Below, piece after piece: positions 25,643 to 37,241 of a DNA stretch of 64,000 nt; within the stretch, counting starts at the first letter, position 1; each line of letters starts with the position of its first letter. The stretch lies in assembly GCF_036321535.1 (NCBI RefSeq), contig NC_087437.1:4774001-4838000 (forward strand), in the 5' to 3' direction. The stretch is from Camelus dromedarius. Lineage: Eukaryota. Under the pieces are notes generated by a model. It saw only the letters and a list, made by a program, of their open reading frames with translations, did no database searches and was not told the origin of the DNA. Both the position numbers and the translations under genes were made by a program.

Positions 25643-28600
25643 GCAAGATACGCTCCCGGGTCAGGGTGGCTGGTCCGCAGAACAGGGCAGATTGCTCGTT
25701 AGCCCCCATCGGTGGTTCCCGCAGCCCCTTTGGAAAATCAGCTGATAAGCTAAGTGGAATTAGTCAGCTGGCTGAGTCCTGCTACTCAGAGGGTGGTCCG
25801 CGGACCAGCCGTAGCAGTTGCCCCCGCCCCAGAGATGGAAGAAGTGAGAATTGGGGCCCTGCCCTAGAGCTGCTGATTCAGACTCCACACTTTAGCAAGG
25901 CCCCCCTGATGATGCTCCCCCTCCAGTCCCAGAAGCCTGTGGCAGACCCCTGTTCTCACGCCGGCTGTGTGGAGGAGTGGCCTGGCCGCTAAGAAACAAA
26001 TGTGGGGGCCAGGCTCCCACGCCTGCCATCGTCTGGGCTGCAGGCTGAGCTTTGGGATTTTTCAAGGCTCCCCAGTGGATTCTGATGTGCAGAAAAGTCT
26101 GAGAGCCCCAGGCTTGACGGCCTCTCGTGCCCTCGGAGGCCCTCGGAGTTTACCTGGGGTAGTAAGCATCCCCGGAGCTGCAGTTTGCTGCCCCCCGATT
26201 ACACAGGACTCCTTTCTGGTCTCTGTGCCAGACCAGAGCAGTCTGAGAACTCAGCCCACACAGACCGAGGGCACCAGTGCCAGCCTCTCCTGCCAGGAAG
26301 GGTGGTGCAGACCCGGTGGTGTCAGTGCCCAAAGTTACTGTAGGAAGGTGACCTGCTGGGAGGAAGTCTGGCCTTTAACCCTTGTGGCGGTGGGGACCAG
26401 CCCACTGTCTGGACAGGAGGCACTCTCTGCGCCCTGTGTCTGCGAGTTCAGAGGACAGTCGCATCCTGCCAGCAAGTCCCGCCCAAACAGCCCCTGACTC
26501 TGTTCAGGGCGGTCAGGACTCCCTGGACGGCCACTGCCCACCACTCCAGTTTAGGGTCTAGCCTGTGGGACATACTTACATAACACACTAATGTTGGAAG
26601 GGCGCCCAAAGGCCTGGCCCACCGTCTTCTGATGGGCGACACTCTTGTCCCCAGCCTGCCATCCAGCTGTTCCTGAGAGCTTCCGGTGGCCCTGGACACG
26701 CTGCCTCCCAGGTCCACACGCTCCACTTGAGGGCAGTGGGAACTTATGGAAAAGGCTTCTTTTCTGTGAGCAACAGCCTCCCTCTGACTGTCACCCACTG
26801 TCCCATCCTCTGGGCCAAACAGCAGACCGAGTCCCTCCGCACGCATGCTGTCTTCCCCAGATCTGAGGGCGCTGTGGTGGCACCCGTCGCCAGCTGTATC
26901 CCCCTGTCCTTCCCATGGCCACTGAGAGATGCTGTTCTCACCCTGCCACCAAAGACCTTCCAGGTCACGTGTGGGCCCTGAGCTCCTGCAGCCCTCCCGG
27001 CCTGTCCGCCGAGGGCGGAGGAGACTGCCTCTGTGGTGCCAGGTGCTGCCCCCAGATAGCTTTTGACAGCCACGTCTGGTTGGGACTCACAAAGCGCTTG
27101 CTGTCGGCCCAGGCTCCTGAGCCCTTTCCACACAGACACACATTGCCACGGCTGTCCCATCCTTGTGAGGTTAACTTCTCTAACCCGAGAGCAGGCGCCA
27201 TGTGCGTGCTGTTAAATTTCATCAGTCCCGCCCACCGGGCTCTGTGGGCACCTTCACCATCGTCCACACCTCTGGAAACACCTCTTTTGTATCCGCTCTG
27301 ACATCAGCATAAAAACACTCCAGGCTGCGTCCCCTCAGCCCTCCTCCTGACGCAGATCTGCTCCAGGGTGTTCTCTGCACGGAGGCGCTTGCTTGCACGG
27401 CCCTGACATCTCACCCCTCTATTCTCCATCCTGTCCCGAAGACGGTGCTAAGGCATGTGGCGGATGCCTCACTGAAACCCAGGAACTGTGGCCGCACTGT
27501 CCCCCTGCGTTTTAGTCACCCGCCCCCAAGTGAAACATACCACGGGTTTTCCTTGAACCCACGCTGACTGCGGGCATCACCCCTTCCGTGTCTGTGGTCC
27601 AGGAGCAGGGGTGGAGCTGCTGATCTGGGCATTTCTAGGGCTCGCAGATATCCCACTCCGCTCTGTGGTTGCGTGTGTTGAAGCAACCTCGAAGACAGGC
27701 GCTCCGAGCGTGTGTCAGAGTTTTACATCAAACTGCCTACAAGGGTGTTGGCTCCTGAGCAAGCCAGTTAAATCGTTTTAGTTCTCTCTTGATGGGAAGA
27801 GAAGGACTCTAGCTTAACGATACTAGGCTGGTCGGTCACCCGGGCTGACCTCCTAATCCCCAGGAATTTTTTATCTCATTGATGTCCATCAGCAAATTGC
27901 TCAACCCTTCATCAGGAACGTGAGTTCCTTCCTAGAAAGGACAGGTAATCGCGTCAGACCCGAAGCTCTGCCCCAGCTCGGGCTTGGTTCCTCACTCCTG
28001 GCAGATGCGTGTCCAGGAGACGCAATTTCATTTTCACGTTAACCCAATACATATACATAACTGTTACTGTCCCTAAGAAACCATTCATCGCTCTCAAAGT
28101 TTTTTTTAATCAAGGAAAATATTTGTCAAAGCATAATTTTCAAAAAGTTAAAAACATGTATCCTATACTCTCAAGTGTAGGTTGGTCTTGTGCCAGAGCT
28201 TTTATTTAGCCCATTAATTAACGAAGGAACCAGGAAGATGGTAGAGCTCATTCACAAGGGGATTTGAGGAACAGGAGTGTATCCGTCAGTCAAGTGAATG
28301 TTGAAATGGATCTGCTAATAGACACAAAACTGGCTAATGTTCTACAGGCCATAAAATTGTCTTTAGGGTGATCTTTTATTAAATAGCAAAGTCAAACAGT
28401 GGTACATTCACTGGATAAACAACCCTTGAGTGAGCTTGTTAATCAGAACCCCAGTATCTCTTGGAAAGCGTACATTTTTCAACTTTCTGTATTCCCAGGT
28501 TTGTGCTGATTTTTCATTATAACATGCAGTAAGACGACTGGCCTCACATTCTGCTGGAGGGCGTGTACGTTGCTGTAAGCCTTCTGGAAAGCTATTTGGC

Positions 28601-30039
28601 AACGTTATGTTAAGAACTTAAAATTTCTCATGCCCTTGACCCAGGACTTTCTCTGATGAGGCTTTATTCTAAAGACATAAGGGAGCGCCAGTCAAAGATT
28701 TGTGTACATCACTCGTTCAGGAAGTGTTTTGAGCACCTGTACACAGGCAGTCAGCACAGTTTTCTTTTTATTACCAAAAAAATTGGGAACAATTCAAATG
28801 TCCGACAGTAGAGGATAAACTGGTGTCCTCTTAACTGTAACCCACAAATGCTATTTCTTATCTTTGGAGTCTTAATGTTCTGGAGTGAGAGAGTCAAGGT
28901 GGAAAACCACACATTTGTTATGGTCTCAATTATACACACACCTATAGAGAGAGAGAGAAAAATAAAAATCACCAATATATTAACAATACGCATCTTCATG
29001 ATACACAATTATGAACTCCTCCTTTAAATTTTCTGTTTTCCAGATTTTTCTGCAATTAAACTTTTGAAGCTTTTATAACCAGGGGAAAAAATGATAAGAG
29101 TTTGCAGAGCATTCCAGAAATAAGTGACTCAAATTGCCTGTTATTTTAGATCACTCATCCTGCCCTGCCTGCCTCCTCCACCTCTCCATTGATAATGTTC
29201 CAGGGGTGATATTCCAGGCTTGACGCTTTGAGCCTTGTCAGCCCAGAGCGGCAGGAGGGCGCGGCCGGGCACTGCCCCGTGCGGCTAGGGTTCTTAGTTT
29301 GCTGCTGCCGTCACGGGGAGCCCGGGGTGTCTCCAGGTCTGGGAGGAGGACCAGGGTTGGTCAGGATTGCGATGGGAGCCTCCTCACTCCCAGCTGGAGA
29401 AACACCACTTGGATCAGGTCCTGGTTTCTGTGCTGAAATCAACGCACTGACTTTCACCCACCAGCCCGGTGGGTCCCAGCCTTGGCTGCACGTTAGGGTC
29501 ACGTGGGGAGCTTCACACAAACTCTGTTTCCGGGACCCCACCCACAGTCTGTTGAAGCAGATTTTTTAGCGAGGGGGTCCCAGCATCACCCCTAAACAGA
29601 GTGGTTTTTTTTTTCAGAAGTCCCCTGTCTGGTTTAGATGCATAGTGAAAATTGAAAACCACTGGACTCCAGGCAGCACGTCTGCTAATGAGCCCCAGAT
29701 TCAAAGTCCTTTAGAGTCGCTGCCACCCCCTTACCTCCTGTCCCACTGCATCCCAACAAACCCCCCCCCGACTCCTGCCCCTCCCACCAGGCTCACTCAT
29801 CCCTTCCTCCCTGACGAGCCCAGATACAGTCAGTGCTGGTTCCTGGGGGACTTGGTCTGTTCCCTCGGAGTCGGGCTGAGTGAGTCAGCTCCCCCAGGGC
29901 TGAGATCCCTGCCGAGTCCAAACTCCACCTTTTCACCTCTGCTTCCTGGGTCAGGGCTACTGCTGGATGGCTGTCGGGTGAGTGAGGGAGTAACTCCCAT
30001 TGTCTGACCACAGACTGTCCGCTGGTGTTTGACTTACAG

Positions 30040-30189
30040 GGCGCACAGATCATAGTGTTCCCAGAAGACGGGATTCACGGATTCAACTTCACAAGAACCT
30101 CCATTTACCCATTTTTGGACTTCATGCCATCTCCCCACTTGATCGGATGGAACCCATGCCTGGAGCCCCACCGATTCAATGACACGGAG
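30040..30189 (+). CDS. BTD: Biotinidase coding exon (exon 3), 50 aa, contains the catalytic Glu (FPEDG)
   Basis: CAG acceptor at 30037-30039 and GT donor at 30190, 150 nt, phase 0. [30 protein letters not shown]...FNDTE. Confidence 0.97.
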
Positions 30190-30751
30190 GTACATGAGGG
30201 GACCAGCCTTCCTCCACCACCTGCTCTGAAGGCATGCAGAGGTGAACCATGCCACTCGCCAAAAGCCAAGACATGCTGAATGAGACTGGGAGGCGACCTT
30301 AGGGTCCTACAAATCACACCCAGGCCTCATGTGCTCCACAGGCACTTCCTTTTAAAAGATATTTTTTCCCTTTAAAAGATTTTGATTTCAATTTAGATGC
30401 CCACTAGCAGAGCAAAAGTGCCTTTTTCCCCATCCTTTGGTCGATGCAAGATGGAATTCTAAATTTTTGCCAGTCTTATGAAGGTGAAAAATGACACCTT
30501 ATTTTAATTTGCATCTGCTTGTCACTCATGAACTTGAGCATCCTCTCAAATGTTTGTGGGCCATTTGTCTTTGTTCTGTGAATCACCTGTTTGTACCCTT
30601 TGCACACTTTCAGGACTGGTTATTTTTTTCTTATTGATTTGGGTTAGCTGTTTACATATTATGGATACACCACAGGTACTCTTCTATTTTACAATTATAA
30701 GCAGAAGGCAGGGTTTAAAAATTCTGTCTATTTATACTTTTTCCCTGCCAG

Positions 30752-31924
30752 GTCCTCCAGCGTCTGAGTTGTATGGCTCTCAAGGGAGAGATGTTCCTGG
30801 TGGCCAATCTTGGGACCAAGCAACCTTGTCACAGCAGGGACCCAGGGTGCCCAAATGATGGAAGGTACCAGTTCAACACCAACATTGTGTTCAGCAGTAA
30901 CGGGACCCTGGTTGACCGCTACCGCAAACACAACCTCTACTTCGAGGCGGCATTTGACACCCCCCTCGAGGTGGACCACATCATCTTCGACACCCCCTTT
31001 GCTGGCAAGTTTGGCGTCTTCACTTGCTTTGACATCCTGTTCTTTGAACCTGCCGCCAGGCTGCTCAGGGACCCTGAGGTGAAGCACGTGGTGTACCCGA
31101 CCGCCTGGATGAACCAGCTCCCGCTCTTGGCGGCTGTGCAGATCCAGAGGGGCTTTGCCACTGCCTTTGGCATCAACCTCCTGGCCGCCAACATCCACCA
31201 CCCGTCTCTAGGGATGACCGGAAGCGGCATACACGCCCCTCGGAAGTCTTTCTGGCACCATGACATGGAGAGCCCCGAAGGCCACCTTATAGTTGCCCCG
31301 GTGGCCAAAAACCCACTGGGTCTCGTTGGTGCAGCGAATGCCACAGGTAAAACAGACCCAGCCCACGGTAAGTTTTTAAAGATCTTGGCAGCTGGTCCGT
31401 ACTCTGAGAAGGACGCTCAGGATGTCCACTGCAACAGAGCCACCGGATGGGACACGAGCACTCCTGCCACCTTCTACTCTGAGATGATGTATGACAATTT
31501 CACCCTGGTCCCTGTCTGGGGAAAGGAGGGCCACCTCCGAGTCTGCGCCAATGGCCTTTGCTGTCAGTTACTCTACCAGAGGCCCACTCTGTCCAAAGAG
31601 CTATATGCCCTGGGGGTCTTCGACGGTCTTCACACCGTGCACGGTACTTACTACGTGCAGGCTTGCGCCCTGGTCAAGTGCGGGGGGCTCGGCTTTGACA
31701 CCTGTGGTCAGGAGATCACGGAGGCCGCGGGGATGTTTGAGTTTCACCTGTGGGGGAACTTCAGCACCCCCTATGTCTTCCCGATGCTGCTGACCTCAGG
31801 GATGACCCTGGAAACCCCTGACCAGCTTGGCTGGGAGAGCGATCACTACTTCCTGACGAAGCGGGGCCTGTCCTCTGGTCTGGTGACGGCTGCTCTGTAC
31901 GGGCGGGTGTACGAGAGGGACTAG
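30752..31924 (+). CDS. BTD: Biotinidase last coding exon (exon 4), 390 aa plus stop; total protein 523 aa
   Basis: CAG acceptor at 30749-30751. Contains the nitrilase-family Lys (YRKHNLY) and Cys (FTCFDILFF) and the vanin-type C-terminal domain ending LYGRVYERD, with TAG at 31922-31924. Six N-glycosylation sequons are present across exons 3-4. Confidence 0.98.
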   Translation, partial: VLQRLSCMALKGEMFLVANLGTKQPCHSRDPGCPNDGRYQFNTNIVFSSNGTLVDRYRKHNLYFEAAFDTPLEVDHIIFDTPFAGKFGVFTCFDILFFEPAARLLRDPEVKHVVYPTAWMNQLPLLAAVQIQRGFATAFGINLLAANIHHPSLGMTGSGIHAPRKSFWHHDMESPEGHLIVAPVAKNPLGLVGAANATGKTDPAHGKFLKILAAGPYSEKDAQDVHCNRATGWDTSTPATFYSEMMYDNFTLVPVWGKEGHLRVCANGLCCQLLYQRPTLSKELYALGVFDGLHTVHGTYYVQACALVKCGGLGFDTCGQEITEAAGMFEFHLWGNFSTPYVFPMLLTSGMTLETPDQLGWESDHYFLTKRGLSSGLVTAALYGRVYERD

Positions 31925-32198
31925 GAGGGTGCGGGGTGGGCTCTGGCCAACGCGGGGGCCGCCCCCTGCATGGGCACAGGCCGAAGTCCGGGGCACGTGG
32001 GCCACCTCTCCCCGCCCCGGAGTCCCTCCTGGGCGCCATAGGAAGAAGCAGGGAAACAGACTTCACCAGTGTCTCTTCCTCTTAAATACAAATTAGCAAG
32101 ACACCTCTGGCATTTTTCTACTTGCATTTCCACTTTCCAAGCCACATCTTCCTCCGGTAGGGCTTTCATTACACAATTGTTATAAGAACTCAAACAAA

Positions 32199-32204
32199 AA
32201 TAAA
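32199..32204 (+). terminator. BTD proximal poly(A) signal AATAAA (within the left copy of the 18-bp TSD)
   Basis: AATAAA 275 nt after the BTD stop codon. Confidence 0.7.
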
Positions 32205-32213
32205 TGTCAGTTT

Positions 32214-33989
32214 ACACAGCCCCTCCCCCAACACTGACGAGGTATCTGACCAACCCAGGGTGTCAGCTGCTGGTGGGGTTCCAGGTGGAAAGTTGGTGTG
32301 TTCCCCGGGGCTGGTGTGGCTGGTGGCTCCACGGCGACCGGGCAGAGCCCTGTGCGGGGTCAGTGCCGTGCGGGGGCTGCCGTGCCCTGTGGAGCTTGGC
32401 TTAGGGCTCTTCTTTGAGAAGCTGACTGAGGTTGTGGTGTTGCTGCCGCCCACTGGCCTGAGTTCACAGTTCGCTTTCCAAAACCGAGAAGGGCTGACAG
32501 CGGCATGTCTGCCTGTCAGCAGGTTATTGGTCGGTGTCTTACGTACTTTCAGACTTGGTCAGTCTTGTACAAGTCAGCTTTATGGAAGACACAAAGAGAA
32601 GTTGGCGAAAACTCTGGCTGCACTGACTTGGGGGAAATGCCAACTCATTAGCAAGATTGGTACTGCTGAAAAGGAGAATGCTGGCGTGGGGACATCTGCA
32701 GAGAACGCCAGGCTCAAACGAGATTCATTAAATATACTTAGCCTCGCTGATATTTAACAGGAAAATGATGAGGGTCAGCCTGCGTTTGAGAAAGGAACTC
32801 AATTCTCTGGTCCAAGAACTGGTCCAGGATTCCTGCAGTCTAAACAAGAAGAGATGGCAGACATGCTAATAGTGCTCAGGATCCTGGAAGAGGTCACACA
32901 AGCCCCAGGGAACACACCAACATTCCCCTCCACTCAGGCATCCATTTCAAAGGATCAGCACCTGAGCAGCACTGAAGCCAGTGGCAGCAGGGCCAGCCCC
33001 TCCTTTAATCAGAGTTCCTCCAACTTCACATTCTGTGCCCAACAGTCAGCTCCCCCATGGTCAACTTCTCTCTTCAAATATATATTATAATTCTTAGATC
33101 ACACCACGAAATGACCTCTTCCTATATTCAGCAAATGCTCGGGTTGTGTCCTCTAGCGGTGAATGCAGCGTGGTGAGTGAGGGGAATCTCACTTAGCTCG
33201 AATATTCCCCGGGCCTCGTTTCTCAAGACGGTGTTCTAGCTATGCTGCACCAGTCATAGACGTGAGCTGTAAAAGCTGCTCTAGGCATGCATGGACACAT
33301 GTATCTGGACCTTCTTTTCCCTTCAGTAAAATCCTGGGCACAGGATATCTTGTTGGTGCAGGATTTGTAGGGTTAAATTCATTTTTCCAACATGTTTGTA
33401 CCATTAAAAATTCTCATCATTGATATAAGAGCACCTGTTTCTCAATATCAAGCAGAATACACAGCAGTCTTCTCCTGGCTGTCGTGTGTCCAGATGTTGC
33501 TGGAAGCTGGCCTAAATATAAATATGTTCTTTGGGTTTTCTTGTGTTTTCCTAAACAAAATGTTGCCCATTGAGTCAGCAGTCAGAGCTCATTAGGACTC
33601 AACGTGAGAAACGTGTCCCACCCGCACAGTGGGAGGCCAGGGGCGCTGTTTCGTGGCTCTAAGAAGGGAGCTCAAGGCGCCAGCAGAAATGAGTTGACCT
33701 GTTGTCTCCGTAACCTTTGGCTACTCATTTACATTGTCTGTTTTTTTATATTTAGAGTTGGCAAGCTGGTACCCAAAATTGGCACCAGTTGTTTATAGTT
33801 AGATTAATATGTTTCAAAAATAATGTTTATTTTGATTCAAATCACATAATATATAATTCAATCTAGTAACCATTTGAAAGGCTGCAGCTGAGATAGCAAC
33901 ACACGGTCGGGACGGGAAGCTTCTGACCCTGCCTTCAACCGTGGGTATTTTGAATAAAGAGCTAAACAAGAATCACACACACACAAAAG
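32214..33989 (+). pseudogene. Processed retrocopy of a diverged cTAGE5/MIA2-like (CTAGE family) transcript
   Basis: Exact 18-bp flanking repeat AAAAATAAATGTCAGTTT at 32196-32213 and 33990-34007. Own AATAAA at 33953-33958 followed by a decayed A-rich tail. No introns apparent. Translation LGLFFEKLTEVVVLLP...SQLYGRHKEKLAKTLAALTWGKCQLISKI...QEEMADMLIVLRILEE resembles the cTAGE5 N-terminus as recalled (LGLLLEELRRVVAALP / [29 protein letters not shown] / DELMADISKRIQSLED). Disrupted by GTG at the presumed start (32389), a TAA at 32755 and frameshifts. Confidence 0.8.
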
Positions 33990-33998
33990 AAAAATAAA
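33953..33998 (+). terminator. Distal poly(A) signals: retrocopy AATAAA (33953-33958) and duplicated BTD AATAAA (33993-33998)
   Basis: Two AATAAA hexamers followed by G/U-rich sequence (TGTTTTCCTTGTTCTTGG near 34051-34068). Confidence 0.6.
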
Positions 33999-35726
33999 TG
34001 TCAGTTTGTATTTCACACGCCCACAAAACCGGGGCGGCGTTGGCGGGGGGTGTTTTCCTTGTTCTTGGCGACCTAGTGACCCCCAGGATGTCTAGGAATT
34101 TCACAAGCCTCAAACATTTTCTAGGGTAAGAAACAAAGTCTCAAAGCAGAAGCCACTTTAGAAAAGGCCGCCCTGGGGACTTTTCCATCGCAGTCGGCCA
34201 GAATCCATCCAGAGGGACTGGTAACACTGGCATCCCAAGGTCACTTTTAAAAATAGAAGGGGAACTGTTCTTACATCTGCCCCTCTGTCAGTAAACGGAA
34301 AGTGCCAGGCGGGACTCAGGAAGACTGGAAAGAAAGGGTGCCAGGCCCTGGAGAGAGAGGCTGGGGAAAGTGCCGTGGAGACGGCCACGACAGGAACAAA
34401 TGAGTAACAGGGTTCCTCGTGCACCGCGGGTCTCATCCAGGGATCCCTGACACCCTCATAAATCACACTCGCCTGGGGCAAGAGCCTTCGCTTGCCCAGC
34501 TGTGCAGGCAGGAACAATGCTGCAGGCTCGCCCCAGTCCGCCTCAGGGCCCTCTCTGCACATAGGTTGCGGGAGCCACCGAGGACGTGGGCCCACTCCTG
34601 TCTTCCATTTACTCGGTCACTCAACAGGTGCCTCTGGAGAGGCCTCCGGGGACAGAGCGAGGACCTCCCGCAATATCAGCTGCAGATGCAAAATCATTCC
34701 ATGTGCAAAGACCTTTTTTTAGGCCACTGGTTTCTGTATCATTTTTCTCCAACGTTTCAGTCACTTTGACTCTATGCCCAGTAACTGTGGCAGGTCATTT
34801 AAAATTTTTTTTTTCCTTTTTATTGAAATGTAACCTATCATGCAGGTCATTTTTAAAGCAGATCATTTTTAGAGAATGGATAGTTAGCGTTCTGTGATTT
34901 TCCTCTCCAATGTTGACTCTTTATTTTTATCTCCTTTTTAAAAACAGTATGTGCATATAGATTAAATTACCCAAAGTAAAAAATGAAATTCTTTCCCCAT
35001 CTCCTATCCTCTCCACCCCCAGGGTAGCCTTCCAGACCCTTTTCTGGCTTTTAGGCAGGATAATAAAGAGCAGAGATCCTAGAGTCAGGCGTACCAGGTT
35101 TACTTTCCTGGCCTCCCAGTTTCCCCTTCACTGTGGACCTCAGCCTGTGCATTTGAACCTCGCTGTGTGCCAGTTTTCTCACGCATGTTGAATCAATCAG
35201 CCACGTGGGAAAGAAGCAAAGACACACTGACTCACTGCCCTGCTCACAAAGGCCTGGCCTGAGTCACTCATGCCTTCCGGGAATTCTGAGGAACAGCTCA
35301 GGATTCCCGAGGAAGCCCTGGGAAGCCTCCCCTCCGGGCCGGGAAGGGACCTCTCCCCCAGATGCCAGCACAGCCCTGCCGGGAGGCTCCGGATGTGGCT
35401 GTCCCCGCCGCCCACGCAGCCGCCCTGCCCTCAGCCCCAGGGAAGCAGAAATTATCTCAGAAATGCACAGCACTGCTTCCTGCCAAGATGATTCATTTTC
35501 ATCAGCCAGAGAGAGAGGCCAGGCCTAAATACAGACTTGGTGGAGTAACCTCACCCCATAAACATTTATGAAGCACCTGCTGGATGCATATCCTGCCCTT
35601 CTGAGCAGAGCACCAAGACTTTCCCTGAGCTATCTTCTTCTGACAGTTTAGAACTAATTACCCAATAGGTAGAAACAAGAGGGACAAGAAATAATGATTT
35701 TTACAAGAAAAAGTAATAGTTGCCAG

Positions 35727-35858
35727 GGGGAGGGTGTAGCTCAGTGGTAGAGCGCATGCTTAGCACGCACAAGGTCCTGGGTTCAGTCCCCAGCACCTCC
35801 ATTAAAAAAGTAATAATAAACCTAATTAACCCCCCTGCAAAAAAAAAAAGTAAACTTT
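35727..35858 (+). mobile_element. tRNA-Ala-derived SINE (Vic-1-like)
   Basis: TSD AAAAAGTA(A/G)TAGTTGCCAG at 35708-35726 and 35859-35877. Confidence 0.9.
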
Positions 35859-36802
35859 AAAAAGTAGTAGTTGCCAGACGACAGAACAAAGTGGAAGGCA
35901 GGAGGAAATGAGTAGAATAAATGATTTTTAGGGAAAAAAAAAACCCCACCTGTGACTAATGGCTGTGACATGCTTTCGTCAGCTGTGATCCTGAAATTCA
36001 GGCAGCAAACGGCGATCCTCACCGTAACAGAGAGGCAGGAAGTCACATGTGTTTCTGTGGCCTCAGGCTGGGGGAGGTGGCGGGTCCGTGTGGTCTCTCA
36101 CGCAGGTGCGGCCGTGCCCGTCTGCGTTTCCTCGTGGGGGATGTGAGAGGCACCTGGAGCCTCAAAAGCCCTGTTCTCTTAGAGAAGCTGAAGCCACCGC
36201 CCCCCGAGGGGAGGGCCAGCCGGCAGCCCACCGCCCCGGGAAGCCCGCCTGGGCCGGCGCTGACCCACAGGTGGGCCTGCTCCGTGGTCCGTGGCCCCCA
36301 GCGTGGCATCACACGTGAGGCCAGAGCAGGCACGTGGCCCAGGCCCAGCCAGGCCGAGGGCTGGCTGTAGCCACGAGGTGGCGGGGCCCGGAAGCCCTGC
36401 CCAGAGAGGGCCGTGCCATTCAGAATGGCTTCAAGCCGTTACCCGCTCAGTGAGCAAATGCTTTCTCCACAAAGTGGATTTGTACATGACACTTTAGTTT
36501 AACTAGCATGAAGCGTGCAGGAAGGCCCGGATTTAAAACAAAAGGCTGACATGACGTGAATCTGTGAGCCAGACTGCTGTGGGGGCTTCGGTCTTGGAGT
36601 GCCTGTTCCCACAGGACAGATTACCCCAAACTTAGTGGCTCCAAACGGCCGTGAGTGCCCCTAAGTTGCAGAGTCACTGAGGGTCGGGAGTCTGGGGGCG
36701 GCTGAGCTGGGCGGTCCCGGCCCAGAGTCTCTCGCGAGGCTGCCGTCCGGGTGTCGGCGGAGCTGCAGTCAGCGGGGGCTTCATCGGAGGTGGAGGATTT
36801 TA

Positions 36803-37241
36803 CAGTGATCACAGCCCCAAAGATGTGCCGCCCTCCTCTCCCCCAGCACCTCGGAACGCGACCTTATTTGGAAGTGGGGTCTTGGGGGTTGTGATTAAGA
36901 TGCAAGTTAAGATGAGGTCATATTAGAGGAGGGTGGGCCCTCAGTCCCCCATGACTGGTGTCCTCGGAGAAGATGACGTTCAGACAGACACACCCACAGG
37001 GAGAAGATGGCCAGGGGATAACAGAGGCAGAGATGGAGGGGATGCGCCCAGGAGCCCGGGAACACCGAGGCGGGCTTGCTGGCAAACTCCCAGGAGCTGG
37101 AAGAGTCCGGGAAGGAGTGTCCCCTACAGGTCTCCCTTTGACCCTGGACTTCCAGCCTCCAGAGCTGTGGGACAGTAAATTTCTGTGTTTTAAGCCCCCA
37201 GTTGGCGGTACTTTGCTGTGACGTCCTGGGACACGGAGACA
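36803..37241 (+). mobile_element. MLT1B/C-like solo LTR, apparently nested in an older opposite-strand MLT1 (about 36600-37560)
   Basis: ACCTTATTTGGAA...TTAAGATGAGGTCATA...GGACTTCCAGCCTCCAGA...AAATTTCTGTGTTTTAAGCC motifs. Confidence 0.75.
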
